The notes under the pieces were generated by a model. It saw only the letters and a program-made list of their open reading frames with translations, had not been told where the DNA came from and ran no database searches. A DNA stretch of 64,000 nt from the NCBI GenBank assembly GCA_022571845.1, contig JACZXB010000002.1:173925-237924 (forward strand). The letters run 5' to 3'. Position 1 is the stretch's first letter. Each line of letters begins with the position of its first letter. The DNA comes from Candidatus Zixiibacteriota bacterium (GTDB taxonomy: Bacteria > Zixibacteria > MSB-5A5 > GN15 > FEB-12). This document shows, in pieces, positions 10,988 through 18,580 of this stretch. The translations under genes and the position numbers were made by a program.

Positions 10988-12125
10988 GAAAAAGCATCTG
11001 GAATTCCGGGACAAAGCTCGCTCGTTTGCGTTAGAGCAGATTGAACCAAAGGCAGCAGAGCTGGACCTGGCTCAAAGATTCCCGGACGAACACCTGCAGC
11101 CGCTAACCCGCATGGGCTATCTGGGCATGCTCATTCCTGAAAAATACGGCGGCAGTAAAGTTGACACGCTCTGCTATAGCATTGCAGTCGAAGAATTGTC
11201 GCGTGTCTGTGGCTCAACGGGAATAATAGTAGCGGCTCATAATTCGCTGGGCGTAGGACCAATCTTAAATTTCGGCACTGAAGAGCAAAAAGAAAAATTT
11301 CTGCCACGTGCAGCCAAAGGGGAACTGGTCGCTTTCGGTCTTAGTGAACCGGATGCCGGCTCCGACGCCGGCGGCACCCGCACTATCGCTATCAAAAAAG
11401 ATGACCACTGGCTGGTCAATGGCAGTAAATGCTGGATTACCTCGGCGCCGCAGGCGTTCGCTTCAATAGCTACCGCCAAAACTTCAGATGACATGAGTGA
11501 CAGACGGATAACGACCTTTGTGTTTGAGCGTGATTGTGAGGGTTACTCTGTCGGCAAAAAAGAAAACAAACTGGGACTGCGCGGCTCCGACACCTCCTTT
11601 TTGCATTTTGATGATATGAAAGTGCCGCTGGAAAACCAGCTGGGTGAAATCGGGGATGGCTTCAAACAGATGCTGATCACACTCAATGGCGGGCGCATTT
11701 CTATTGCCGCCATGGCGCTCGGGATGGGGCAGGGTGCCTTAGATGTTGCACTCAGATATTCGGCCGACCGCAAGCAATTCGGTAAGCCAATCTCGAGCAA
11801 TCAAGCCATTCAGCACAAACTTGCCAACATGGCCACCGAACTTCAGGCGGCTCGTTTGATGATATACGAAGCGTCGCTGATGAAAGATGCCGGCGTGGAT
11901 TTCGTCGAACAGTCGGCTATGTGCAAACTGTTCGCTTCCGAGATTGCCACCCGTGCCGCCACCACCGCCATGTCAATCCTTGGCGCGGTTGGCTACATGA
12001 CGAGGCCATATCCGGTGGAACGCATCTGGCGCGACGTTAAACTTTGCGAAATAGGTGAGGGAACTTCGGAAATACAGCGTCTGGTTATAGCCCGCAGCCT
12101 CTTAAAAAAACTTGAAGACGTTTAA
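10971..12125 (+). CDS. acyl-CoA dehydrogenase (short/branched chain)
   Basis: FGLSEPDAGSD, NGSKCWIT, KLGLRGS, IGEGTSEIQR with catalytic Glu; overlaps the upstream gene by 17 bp. Confidence 0.9.
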   Translation: MTKVLEKKHLEFRDKARSFALEQIEPKAAELDLAQRFPDEHLQPLTRMGYLGMLIPEKYGGSKVDTLCYSIAVEELSRVCGSTGIIVAAHNSLGVGPILNFGTEEQKEKFLPRAAKGELVAFGLSEPDAGSDAGGTRTIAIKKDDHWLVNGSKCWITSAPQAFASIATAKTSDDMSDRRITTFVFERDCEGYSVGKKENKLGLRGSDTSFLHFDDMKVPLENQLGEIGDGFKQMLITLNGGRISIAAMALGMGQGALDVALRYSADRKQFGKPISSNQAIQHKLANMATELQAARLMIYEASLMKDAGVDFVEQSAMCKLFASEIATRAATTAMSILGAVGYMTRPYPVERIWRDVKLCEIGEGTSEIQRLVIARSLLKKLEDV

Positions 12126-12172
12126 ATTTTATCGTAACATTAGTAAATGTTCAAAATCTTTAAATTAGGGAT

Positions 12173-12291
12173 TGTTGAAAAAGGTCCATATCAGTCATTG
12201 CGAGCGCAGCGCGGCAATCTTAGCCGTTGAGGCACAAGGAGATTGCTTCGTCACTTCGCTCCTCGCAATGACGTAACGAGGTTTTTCAACA
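12173..12291. repeat. nested palindromic MITE/REP-like element
   Basis: TGTTGAAAAA(12173-82)/TTTTTCAACA(12282-91) enclosing GTCATTGCGAG(12194-204)/CTCGCAATGAC(12262-72) and GCAATCT/AGATTGC. Confidence 0.8.
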
Positions 12292-12325
12292 GGCGCATTA
12301 GCATTGGAAAGACAGGATAGCTCGC

Positions 12326-12913
12326 ATGATAGAAAGTAAAATGACAGGAAATAACAGTTCGACCGCCTACGCACTTATCAAACCGGACAGCATTTTCAGA
12401 GAAGCGCCGCTTTTGATCGGTTTCAATCTGATTTTGGTACTTTGCTCATACATTTCAATCAACCTGCCATTTTCGCCGGTTCCGATAACAGGGCAGACCT
12501 TTGGTGTTCTGATTATCGCCATGGTACTTGGTAAAACCCGTTCGGTGGCAGTTGTCACAGCTTATCTTCTGGAAGGTCTGGCGGGCTTGCCGGTATTTGC
12601 CGGGGGCACGGCCGGATTCGGCGTTTTGATGGGACCAACCGGCGGCTATCTGCTCGGATTTTTGGCTGCGGCCTATTTTGTCGGAACGCTGGCCGATAAA
12701 GGCTGGGACAAGAACTATCTAAAAAGCATCATCGCTATGACGATCGGCACCGCGATTATTTTCATATTCGGCCTGTCCTGGCTGATCAGATTCGTTCCTT
12801 TGGAAACAGTTTCCACTATCGGTTTTTACCCCTTTATTCCGGGCGCAATTCTAAAACTCGCCGTTGCCGGGCTGATTCTGCCGTCACTTTGGAGTTTCTT
12901 AGACAGGAAGTAA
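12326..12913 (+). CDS. bioY: biotin transporter BioY
   Basis: PFSPVPITGQT, GLPVFAGG, GPTGGYLLGF; multiple TM helices. Confidence 0.93.
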   Translation: MIESKMTGNNSSTAYALIKPDSIFREAPLLIGFNLILVLCSYISINLPFSPVPITGQTFGVLIIAMVLGKTRSVAVVTAYLLEGLAGLPVFAGGTAGFGVLMGPTGGYLLGFLAAAYFVGTLADKGWDKNYLKSIIAMTIGTAIIFIFGLSWLIRFVPLETVSTIGFYPFIPGAILKLAVAGLILPSLWSFLDRK

Positions 12914-13029
12914 AGTATCAACGCTTTGGCAGTAATTATTTGTTTGTCAAACGCTTAAGGCGCACAGTTAAACTATTGAGTTATAAAAAAACACTGTTGG
13001 CTATGCCCTAAGGGGCGATTTTATTTTGA

Positions 13030-13076
13030 TTGAAATAAGTTCTGCTTTTTTGTATAATAGAGCACTAATAGTTAAC
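13030..13076 (+). promoter_or_regulatory. sigma70 promoter of ilvE with candidate operator
   Basis: TTGAAA(13030-35)-17bp-TATAAT(13053-58), then CACTAATAGTTAAC (13063-76). Confidence 0.65.
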
Positions 13077-13100
13077 TAATTCTTTAATTTGGGGTAATAC

Positions 13101-14045
13101 ATGTCACTTCCAAAGTCAGATTACATATGGATGAACGGCCAGCTGGTCAAATGGGATGATGCCAAGATCCACGTACTGTCGCATGTTATCCACTACGGTT
13201 CTGCGGTATTTGAGGGAATGCGCGTTTACAAATCGAACGACGGTCCTAAATGCTTCCGCCTGCGTGAACATACCGAGCGCCTGTTCAACTCCGCCAAAAT
13301 CTACCAGATGGAAATTCCCTTTACGATTGATGAAATTGATGACGCTATCTTAAATCTTGTCAGCACCAACAATCTGGAAGAGTGCTATGTTCGGCCGATC
13401 GTTTATCGCGGCTATGGAACGTTGGGCGTTGACCCGACCGGCATACCGATTGATGTCGCTATCGGCGTCTGGCCCTGGGGCAAATATCTGGGCGAGGGCG
13501 CCCTGGAAAAAGGAGTCGATGTGGGCGTTTCTTCATGGAACAGAATTGCCCCCAACACTATGCCCGCTATGGCCAAATGCGCTGCCAACTATATGAACAG
13601 CCAGTTGATTAAACTTGAAGCCCTCAGACACGGCTACGCCGAGGGAATCGCGCTCGATGTTGCCGGTCATGTTTCCGAAGGCTCCGGCGAAAATATATTT
13701 ATGGTCCGCCGCGGTGCGCTGGTTACGCCAACATTCACAGCTTCTATCTTACCTGGAATCACCCGCCGCACAGTTATCCAGCTTGCCACTGATATGGGAC
13801 TGAAAGTGATCGAGCAGAATATTCCGCGAGAGGCGCTCTATCTGGCAGACGAGGTTTTCTTCACCGGCTCGGCGGCAGAGATTACTCCGATATCAAGTAT
13901 CGACGGTATCAAAGTCGGCAGCGGCCGCTGCGGTGAAATCACCAAGAGAATTCAGGATGCTTTCTTTGACGTTATACGCGGCAAAGTCGAAGACCGTTAC
14001 GGCTGGATGACGCCGATACCAAAAAAATCACAAGTAACGGTTTAG
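13101..14045 (+). CDS. ilvE: branched-chain amino acid aminotransferase
   Basis: HYGSAVFEGMR, AKCAANY (PLP Lys), EGSGENIF, ILPGITR, EVFFTGSAAE. Confidence 0.95.
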   Translation: MSLPKSDYIWMNGQLVKWDDAKIHVLSHVIHYGSAVFEGMRVYKSNDGPKCFRLREHTERLFNSAKIYQMEIPFTIDEIDDAILNLVSTNNLEECYVRPIVYRGYGTLGVDPTGIPIDVAIGVWPWGKYLGEGALEKGVDVGVSSWNRIAPNTMPAMAKCAANYMNSQLIKLEALRHGYAEGIALDVAGHVSEGSGENIFMVRRGALVTPTFTASILPGITRRTVIQLATDMGLKVIEQNIPREALYLADEVFFTGSAAEITPISSIDGIKVGSGRCGEITKRIQDAFFDVIRGKVEDRYGWMTPIPKKSQVTV

Positions 14046-14102
14046 TAATATGAAAAATGCGTTAACGTTGAAAATTGCAAAAGCGGCCGACAACCTAATT
14101 CT

Positions 14103-14156
14103 GTCTTTCCAGTTCGTAATCCCGAGCGTAGCCTCGGGGCGCAGGCTGGAATCCAT
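14103..14156. repeat. short palindromic REP-like element
   Basis: TTCCAG(14107-12)/CTGGAA(14146-51) enclosing CCCGAG/CTCGGG; ends resemble GTCATTCC...GGAATCCA repeats. Confidence 0.5.
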
Positions 14157-14177
14157 CTTTCTTTTAGGAACTACCAA

Positions 14178-14618
14178 ATGAAAATCGCTATCGCCGCCGA
14201 CCACGCCGGTTTTGAATTCAAAGAAAAAATCAAACAAATCCTGATTAAACTCGGGCACGAGTACATAGACCTGGGTACCGACTCCAAGGAATCAGTCGAC
14301 TATCCGGATTTCGGCTTAGCGGCCGCCCGCAAGGTTGCCGGCGGTGAGGCAGACTACGGCATTACTGTCTGCTGGACCGGCAACGGTATGAATATGGTGG
14401 CTAATAAAGTTAATGGTATTCGCGCGGGGACGGCGATTAACGTTGAGATGGCAAAACTGACCAGACAACACAACGACGCCAACATGCTGACACTATCGCA
14501 GAAATTTACACCTGAGGACGACCTCAAAAAGATTGTCAAAGCGTTCCTTGAGACCGATTTCGAGGGCGGCCGCCACGTCAAACGGATCAAAAAAATCCAC
14601 GCTGCCGAAAAGGCGTAG
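14178..14618 (+). CDS. rpiB: ribose-5-phosphate isomerase B
   Basis: IAADHAG, SVDYPD, CWTGNG, ANKVNGIRA, HNDAN, FEGGRH. Confidence 0.95.
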   Translation: MKIAIAADHAGFEFKEKIKQILIKLGHEYIDLGTDSKESVDYPDFGLAAARKVAGGEADYGITVCWTGNGMNMVANKVNGIRAGTAINVEMAKLTRQHNDANMLTLSQKFTPEDDLKKIVKAFLETDFEGGRHVKRIKKIHAAEKA

Positions 14619-14742
14619 GGGGAAAGCTAATTAAATAATGAAGGCAGGCGGGGAAATTTGCCGTCTCCGAAATGATTGTATTATTGAAATAGTAGTAGTG
14701 ATTAAGTGGTTTTAGGATTCAAATTTTAACAAAGGGGGAATA

Positions 14743-15045
14743 ATGGCTCGTAACCCTAACACAGATAGCGGCGGTGGGCATTTTGATGCCTTTACCATAG
14801 AAGCTGTGTGGAAAAAAGGAAAACCTGAAGAAAAGTATGTTGGGTTCAGAAAGGATGTATGTGGCGCAAGTATGAAGAGGGTACTTTATGGTAAGACAGA
14901 GAAGTGGGGCTGGGAGATTGATCATATCAAGCCTGTTTCTGCTGGTGGATCAGATGATTTGAATAATCTGCAACCTTTACAGTGGGAGAATAATCGTCAT
15001 AAAGGGGACGATTATGCAGACTGGTCATGCAAAGTCAAACAGTGA
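14743..15045 (+). CDS. small stand-alone HNH endonuclease
   Basis: WEIDHIKPVSAGGSDDLNNLQPLQWENNRHK. Confidence 0.88.
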   Translation: MARNPNTDSGGGHFDAFTIEAVWKKGKPEEKYVGFRKDVCGASMKRVLYGKTEKWGWEIDHIKPVSAGGSDDLNNLQPLQWENNRHKGDDYADWSCKVKQ

Positions 15046-15132
15046 ATAGTACTGCTAATCAGACTCGTTGGCGGAAGGTGTCCAAGTCTGACCAGTGTTC
15101 GAGTTATTTGTTATTGTAAGGTAATATAGATT

Positions 15133-15492
15133 ATGGAAGAGCTATTGAGGGAAGTCATAATTGAGCCACTCAATTCGCCAACTATACTTTGGCTAACTAT
15201 TGCATACTTGATTTGCGAGTCCATTACAACATACAGCACAAGGCTGATACAATTTCATACCAGGGATTTTCACAGTGGGGTGGCTTTGGATGCGCAGGGG
15301 CGCATGCTTCCGGACTGGGTAGGCTTTTTTGTATTTTTGGGTTGGGGGTTGCTTATTTCAATTGTTGTGCTGAATTGGAAGTATGCTATTGCACTATTTG
15401 TAATCAAGTTTATTCTAAAAGTAATACCTGTGTTAGAGAATATTGGTGCCGCAATTATGAGCCCTTTCCTTAAGGATGAACCTAGATACTGA
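15133..15492 (+). CDS. hypothetical membrane protein (2-3 TM)
   Basis: 119-aa ORF with hydrophobic stretches (ILWLTIAYLI; WVGFFVFLGWGLLISIVVL); no family recognised. Confidence 0.65.
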   Translation: MEELLREVIIEPLNSPTILWLTIAYLICESITTYSTRLIQFHTRDFHSGVALDAQGRMLPDWVGFFVFLGWGLLISIVVLNWKYAIALFVIKFILKVIPVLENIGAAIMSPFLKDEPRY

Positions 15493-15534
15493 AATCAGTT
15501 ATGAACTGATTCTATCTCTTATAACGGGCATTCA

Positions 15535-16332
15535 ATGTTCAGAGAGAACAAATTATATATTTACTGTGATGGTTCCTGCTTATCTAGTCCGCGACGAGGT
15601 GGCGTTGGAGTTAGATACATACAAGTTGATAGAGAAGGGATAGAACATAGATATGACCACCAAGACTTTGGCTACAAAGGGTGCACAAATCAGGAAATGG
15701 AGCTACATGCCTGCATAGAAGGACTACGGCATTCTCAAAAGTACAAATTCGATGTAGAATACGATTCAATTGAAATAAGAACTGACTCAAGATATGTCGT
15801 TGAGTTCAAGAACCATGCCATATTTAAATGGCCCAAACAAGGCTGGTTGAATAAGGATCGCAGGCCGATTGAAAACGTTCAACAATGGAAAGATCTTGTG
15901 AGGTGGATCAAGAAAATTAAACTCAAAGTAGATATTGAGTGGGTACAAGGACATTCTACAGATATGGATAATAGGGCGGTCGATAGAATGGCAAAAGAAG
16001 CAGCTCAGTATGCTTTCAATCCTCCGTTAAAAATTTCGACTCCCAGAAGAAAGCTGACTAATGAATCAGTCCAGATTGGATCAATAAAAAATGTTGGACA
16101 AAGGATATCAATCAAAATCATTACGAGTTATCCACTCAATGAGCAGAAGTTGGCGAAATACAGATGCGAGGTAATATCTAAGAGAAGTAAATATTATGGC
16201 AATGTAGATTTTATTTATGCAGATGAAACAATAGATATAAGAGCATATCATTCCTACGTTGTTACGTTGAACAAAGAAGTTGGCAATCCAAGGATCGTCA
16301 GGGTGATAAAAGAGATTGAGAAAAATAAATAA
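15535..16332 (+). CDS. RNase HI-family protein with ~100-aa C-terminal extension
   Basis: YCDGS, TNQEMEL, TDSRYV, W..GW, WVQGH, NRAVD: full acidic active site plus His. Confidence 0.88.
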   Translation: MFRENKLYIYCDGSCLSSPRRGGVGVRYIQVDREGIEHRYDHQDFGYKGCTNQEMELHACIEGLRHSQKYKFDVEYDSIEIRTDSRYVVEFKNHAIFKWPKQGWLNKDRRPIENVQQWKDLVRWIKKIKLKVDIEWVQGHSTDMDNRAVDRMAKEAAQYAFNPPLKISTPRRKLTNESVQIGSIKNVGQRISIKIITSYPLNEQKLAKYRCEVISKRSKYYGNVDFIYADETIDIRAYHSYVVTLNKEVGNPRIVRVIKEIEKNK

Positions 16333-16379
16333 GCAACAGATGTGCATAACCGTAGACGGCGAAGAAGTATGAGGCTGCT

Positions 16380-16670
16380 ATGATCCTACGTATAATGATA
16401 GCGCTTGCAATGACAGCATTTTGTGCGTGGCAAGGACTAGAAGTTTCTTCAGTGCCAACTGAGGCAGGTAGAAACTACTTTCCATTCATATATTTCACAG
16501 TACCATTTCTTCTTTGGGGTGGCCTGAACCCGATGGGTATGATAACTTGGCCACTTGCCACAATTTTGCTGCTTGTTCAAGGGCATTGGATAGTAGGATG
16601 GATACCTGTTGCGCTGGTACTATTCAACGTTGTTATGAATGAACAATTGAAAAAACGAGTGACAGATTAG
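16380..16670 (+). CDS. hypothetical membrane protein
   Basis: 96-aa, largely hydrophobic ORF; GAGG RBS. Confidence 0.6.
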   Translation: MILRIMIALAMTAFCAWQGLEVSSVPTEAGRNYFPFIYFTVPFLLWGGLNPMGMITWPLATILLLVQGHWIVGWIPVALVLFNVVMNEQLKKRVTD

Positions 16671-16675
16671 CCCGG

Positions 16676-16780
16676 GGCCGGGGTGGCCCACCCTTCGGCT
16701 CTCGAGACTCCTACGGGACTTCGTACGCTTCGGGACTTTGTGCGCTCGGGACTATGCCATGAATGGCGGCCTACCCGGCC
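16676..16780. repeat. GC-rich palindromic element with internal short tandem units
   Basis: GGCCGGG(16676-82)/CCCGGCC(16774-80); CGGGACT at 16714, 16731, 16747 and CGAGACT at 16703. Confidence 0.6.
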
Positions 16781-16851
16781 ACACCGAAAATAACTATCAC
16801 CCAAACTGAACCTAAATTCGGGGGCAGGTCAGTTCAATAAACAGGATTGTT

Positions 16852-17514
16852 CTATTTTAGAAGTAGCATCCTTTTTGACTCAACAAAATCCCCAGCCTGT
16901 AAGCGGTAGAAATAGACACCGGATGATACGACCTTGCCTGCTTTGTCGGCGCCGTCCCAGTAGACGGTATGGCTGCCGGCACTTTTGGATCCTTCAACGA
17001 TGGTATTGACCTTTTGACCCATGACGTTGTAGATGGAAATTGTTACTTGTGACCTGGCTGGGAGGGTATATCTAATGGTGGTCGATAAATTGAACGGATT
17101 GGGATAGTTCTGACTTATAGAATAACTATCTGGTAACTCTTGCGGGAGGTCATCATTGATATCTGTTGCAACCGTCATGAAGATGGTATCAACCATATCG
17201 AGAGGATGTACCAGGCAGCTATATGGAAACGGTCCGGCACCATCTGCAGAAGTAAACTGGAGTACAAATTCGAATCCAGTTGAGCTCGAGGTTCCAGAAT
17301 TCCATTGTTTGGGCGACGATGGGTCGGCAGCAATAGTATGAGGGACTCCACCTAATTCCCATGTCCAGCGGACAGAATCCCCCGCCATGACGGTTGTACC
17401 GAGTGGCGACAAAGAATTGTTTAAGACTGAGATATCGTGAATGGTGGCGTGGGCGGGGACGCTACATATAAAAAGCAGGCCTACCCATAACTGAAACTTT
17501 AACTGTTTACTCAT
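16852..17514 (-). CDS. secreted cupredoxin (type-1 Cu ligands) with FlgD-Ig/secretion-tail C-terminal domain
   Basis: Signal peptide; GDSVRW...PHT...FPYSCLVHPLDM; C-terminal QNYPNPFN...IYNVMGQKV...WDG...SSGVYFYRL...RMLLLK. Confidence 0.8.
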   Translation of the reverse strand: MSKQLKFQLWVGLLFICSVPAHATIHDISVLNNSLSPLGTTVMAGDSVRWTWELGGVPHTIAADPSSPKQWNSGTSSSTGFEFVLQFTSADGAGPFPYSCLVHPLDMVDTIFMTVATDINDDLPQELPDSYSISQNYPNPFNLSTTIRYTLPARSQVTISIYNVMGQKVNTIVEGSKSAGSHTVYWDGADKAGKVVSSGVYFYRLQAGDFVESKRMLLLK

Positions 17515-17921
17515 AGGATTTTACTCCCTTCCTAAAAATTACTACATTTTATTATTCAAATCCGTTTAGGACACTTACAGCAGATGTTTATAGCTATGAT
17601 GATTGCAGAGAAAATTAGGTGTTGGCATCTTTACAGCTCCGAATTATTTACAGACGAAAAAAGGTCTACGCTAGCCACAAACATCTATTAAAAATAAATT
17701 ATAATAGTAGTCATTGACTGTCAATTAAAATTTTTGATAGGTCAATAGTTACTTGAAGTTAAAGTGAGTAAGTTCAAGTTAAATGAATTTCGATGTTAGA
17801 ACTTTTTTAGAAGAGCGACCGTCAAGTAACTGATAGAAATACACTTAAGGTTCACTTTATTAAAGTGTTTTTAAACGGCTATTACTACCGCCGGGGTGGC
17901 GGCTTCCTAGAATTCCTCTCC

Positions 17922-17950
17922 TTGACCGCGCACAGCCTAACCGGTAATTT
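17922..17950 (+). promoter_or_regulatory. sigma70 promoter, probably leaderless transcript
   Basis: TTGACC(17922-27)-17bp-TAATTT(17945-50); ATG 7 nt downstream with no SD. Confidence 0.5.
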
Positions 17951-17956
17951 GCCACA

Positions 17957-18433
17957 ATGCTGCTACTTTTTCTGACTCTGCTGCTAATAGGACCTTATCT
18001 GATTTTGACAGTTGTTCAAAAGATTAATCCGAATATTCAAATCTCTGACGCCACGAAATTCAGAATAGGGGTTTCGCTTTTATTTTTTGTTGGAGCGATG
18101 GGACATTTTACCAAGACCGCCGAAATGGCGCGGATAATTCCGCCGATATTTCCGAACCCGGAGCAAATGGTTATTCTCACTGCCTTTCCGGAATTGTTCG
18201 GTGTCATAGGATTATGGATTCCAAAACTCCGAAAATTGACGGGTGTATTGCTAATAGCATGGCTCATAGGAATATTACCTTTCAACATATATGCAGCAAT
18301 TGAGCGCATCGATGTCGGCGGGCATGGAGCCGGTCCGGTCTATTTGCTAATCAGAGTGCCGCTTCAGTTTCTGGCAATGTGGTGTACTTATGTGGCGGCG
18401 GAGTTAAATTGGTTTAAGCCTCAACCTAAATAG
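17957..18433 (+). CDS. DoxX-like membrane protein
   Basis: GAMGHF...IIPP.FP...E...G...P.NIY...RVPLQ pattern with 4 TM segments. Confidence 0.75.
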   Translation: MLLLFLTLLLIGPYLILTVVQKINPNIQISDATKFRIGVSLLFFVGAMGHFTKTAEMARIIPPIFPNPEQMVILTAFPELFGVIGLWIPKLRKLTGVLLIAWLIGILPFNIYAAIERIDVGGHGAGPVYLLIRVPLQFLAMWCTYVAAELNWFKPQPK

Positions 18434-18450
18434 CTCCCAAATCCCTTTTG

Positions 18451-18479
18451 TTGACCCTGCCTTTTGTTTTCTGTATAAT
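18451..18479 (+). promoter_or_regulatory. sigma70 promoter of glyA
   Basis: TTGACC(18451-56)-17bp-TATAAT(18474-79). Confidence 0.7.
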
Positions 18480-18487
18480 TCTTATAT

Positions 18488-18566
18488 GGGGCAGACGTGG
18501 ACTCGCCGGGGCAGACTGTCCACGATAATTGTCAGGACTACGCCAAGGAGGCGAGTCCTGACCTAC
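18488..18566. repeat. REP-like hairpin pair in the glyA leader
   Basis: CGTGGAC/GTCCACG hairpin; GTCAGGACT/AGTCCTGAC hairpin followed by CTAC (GTAG on the minus strand). Confidence 0.6.
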
Positions 18567-18580
18567 AAGAGAAGAAAGCT

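Noticed and set aside
15535-16332. Retron or retroelement-associated RNase H
   Set aside because: No reverse transcriptase or msr-msd-like region in the window.
14619-16850. Integron cassette array
   Set aside because: No intI, and I could not find RYYYAAC...GTTRRRY attC structures in the spacers.
18486-18580. ZTP, THF or glycine riboswitch upstream of glyA
   Set aside because: Conserved core motifs were not recognisable by eye; kept only as an unclassified structured leader.
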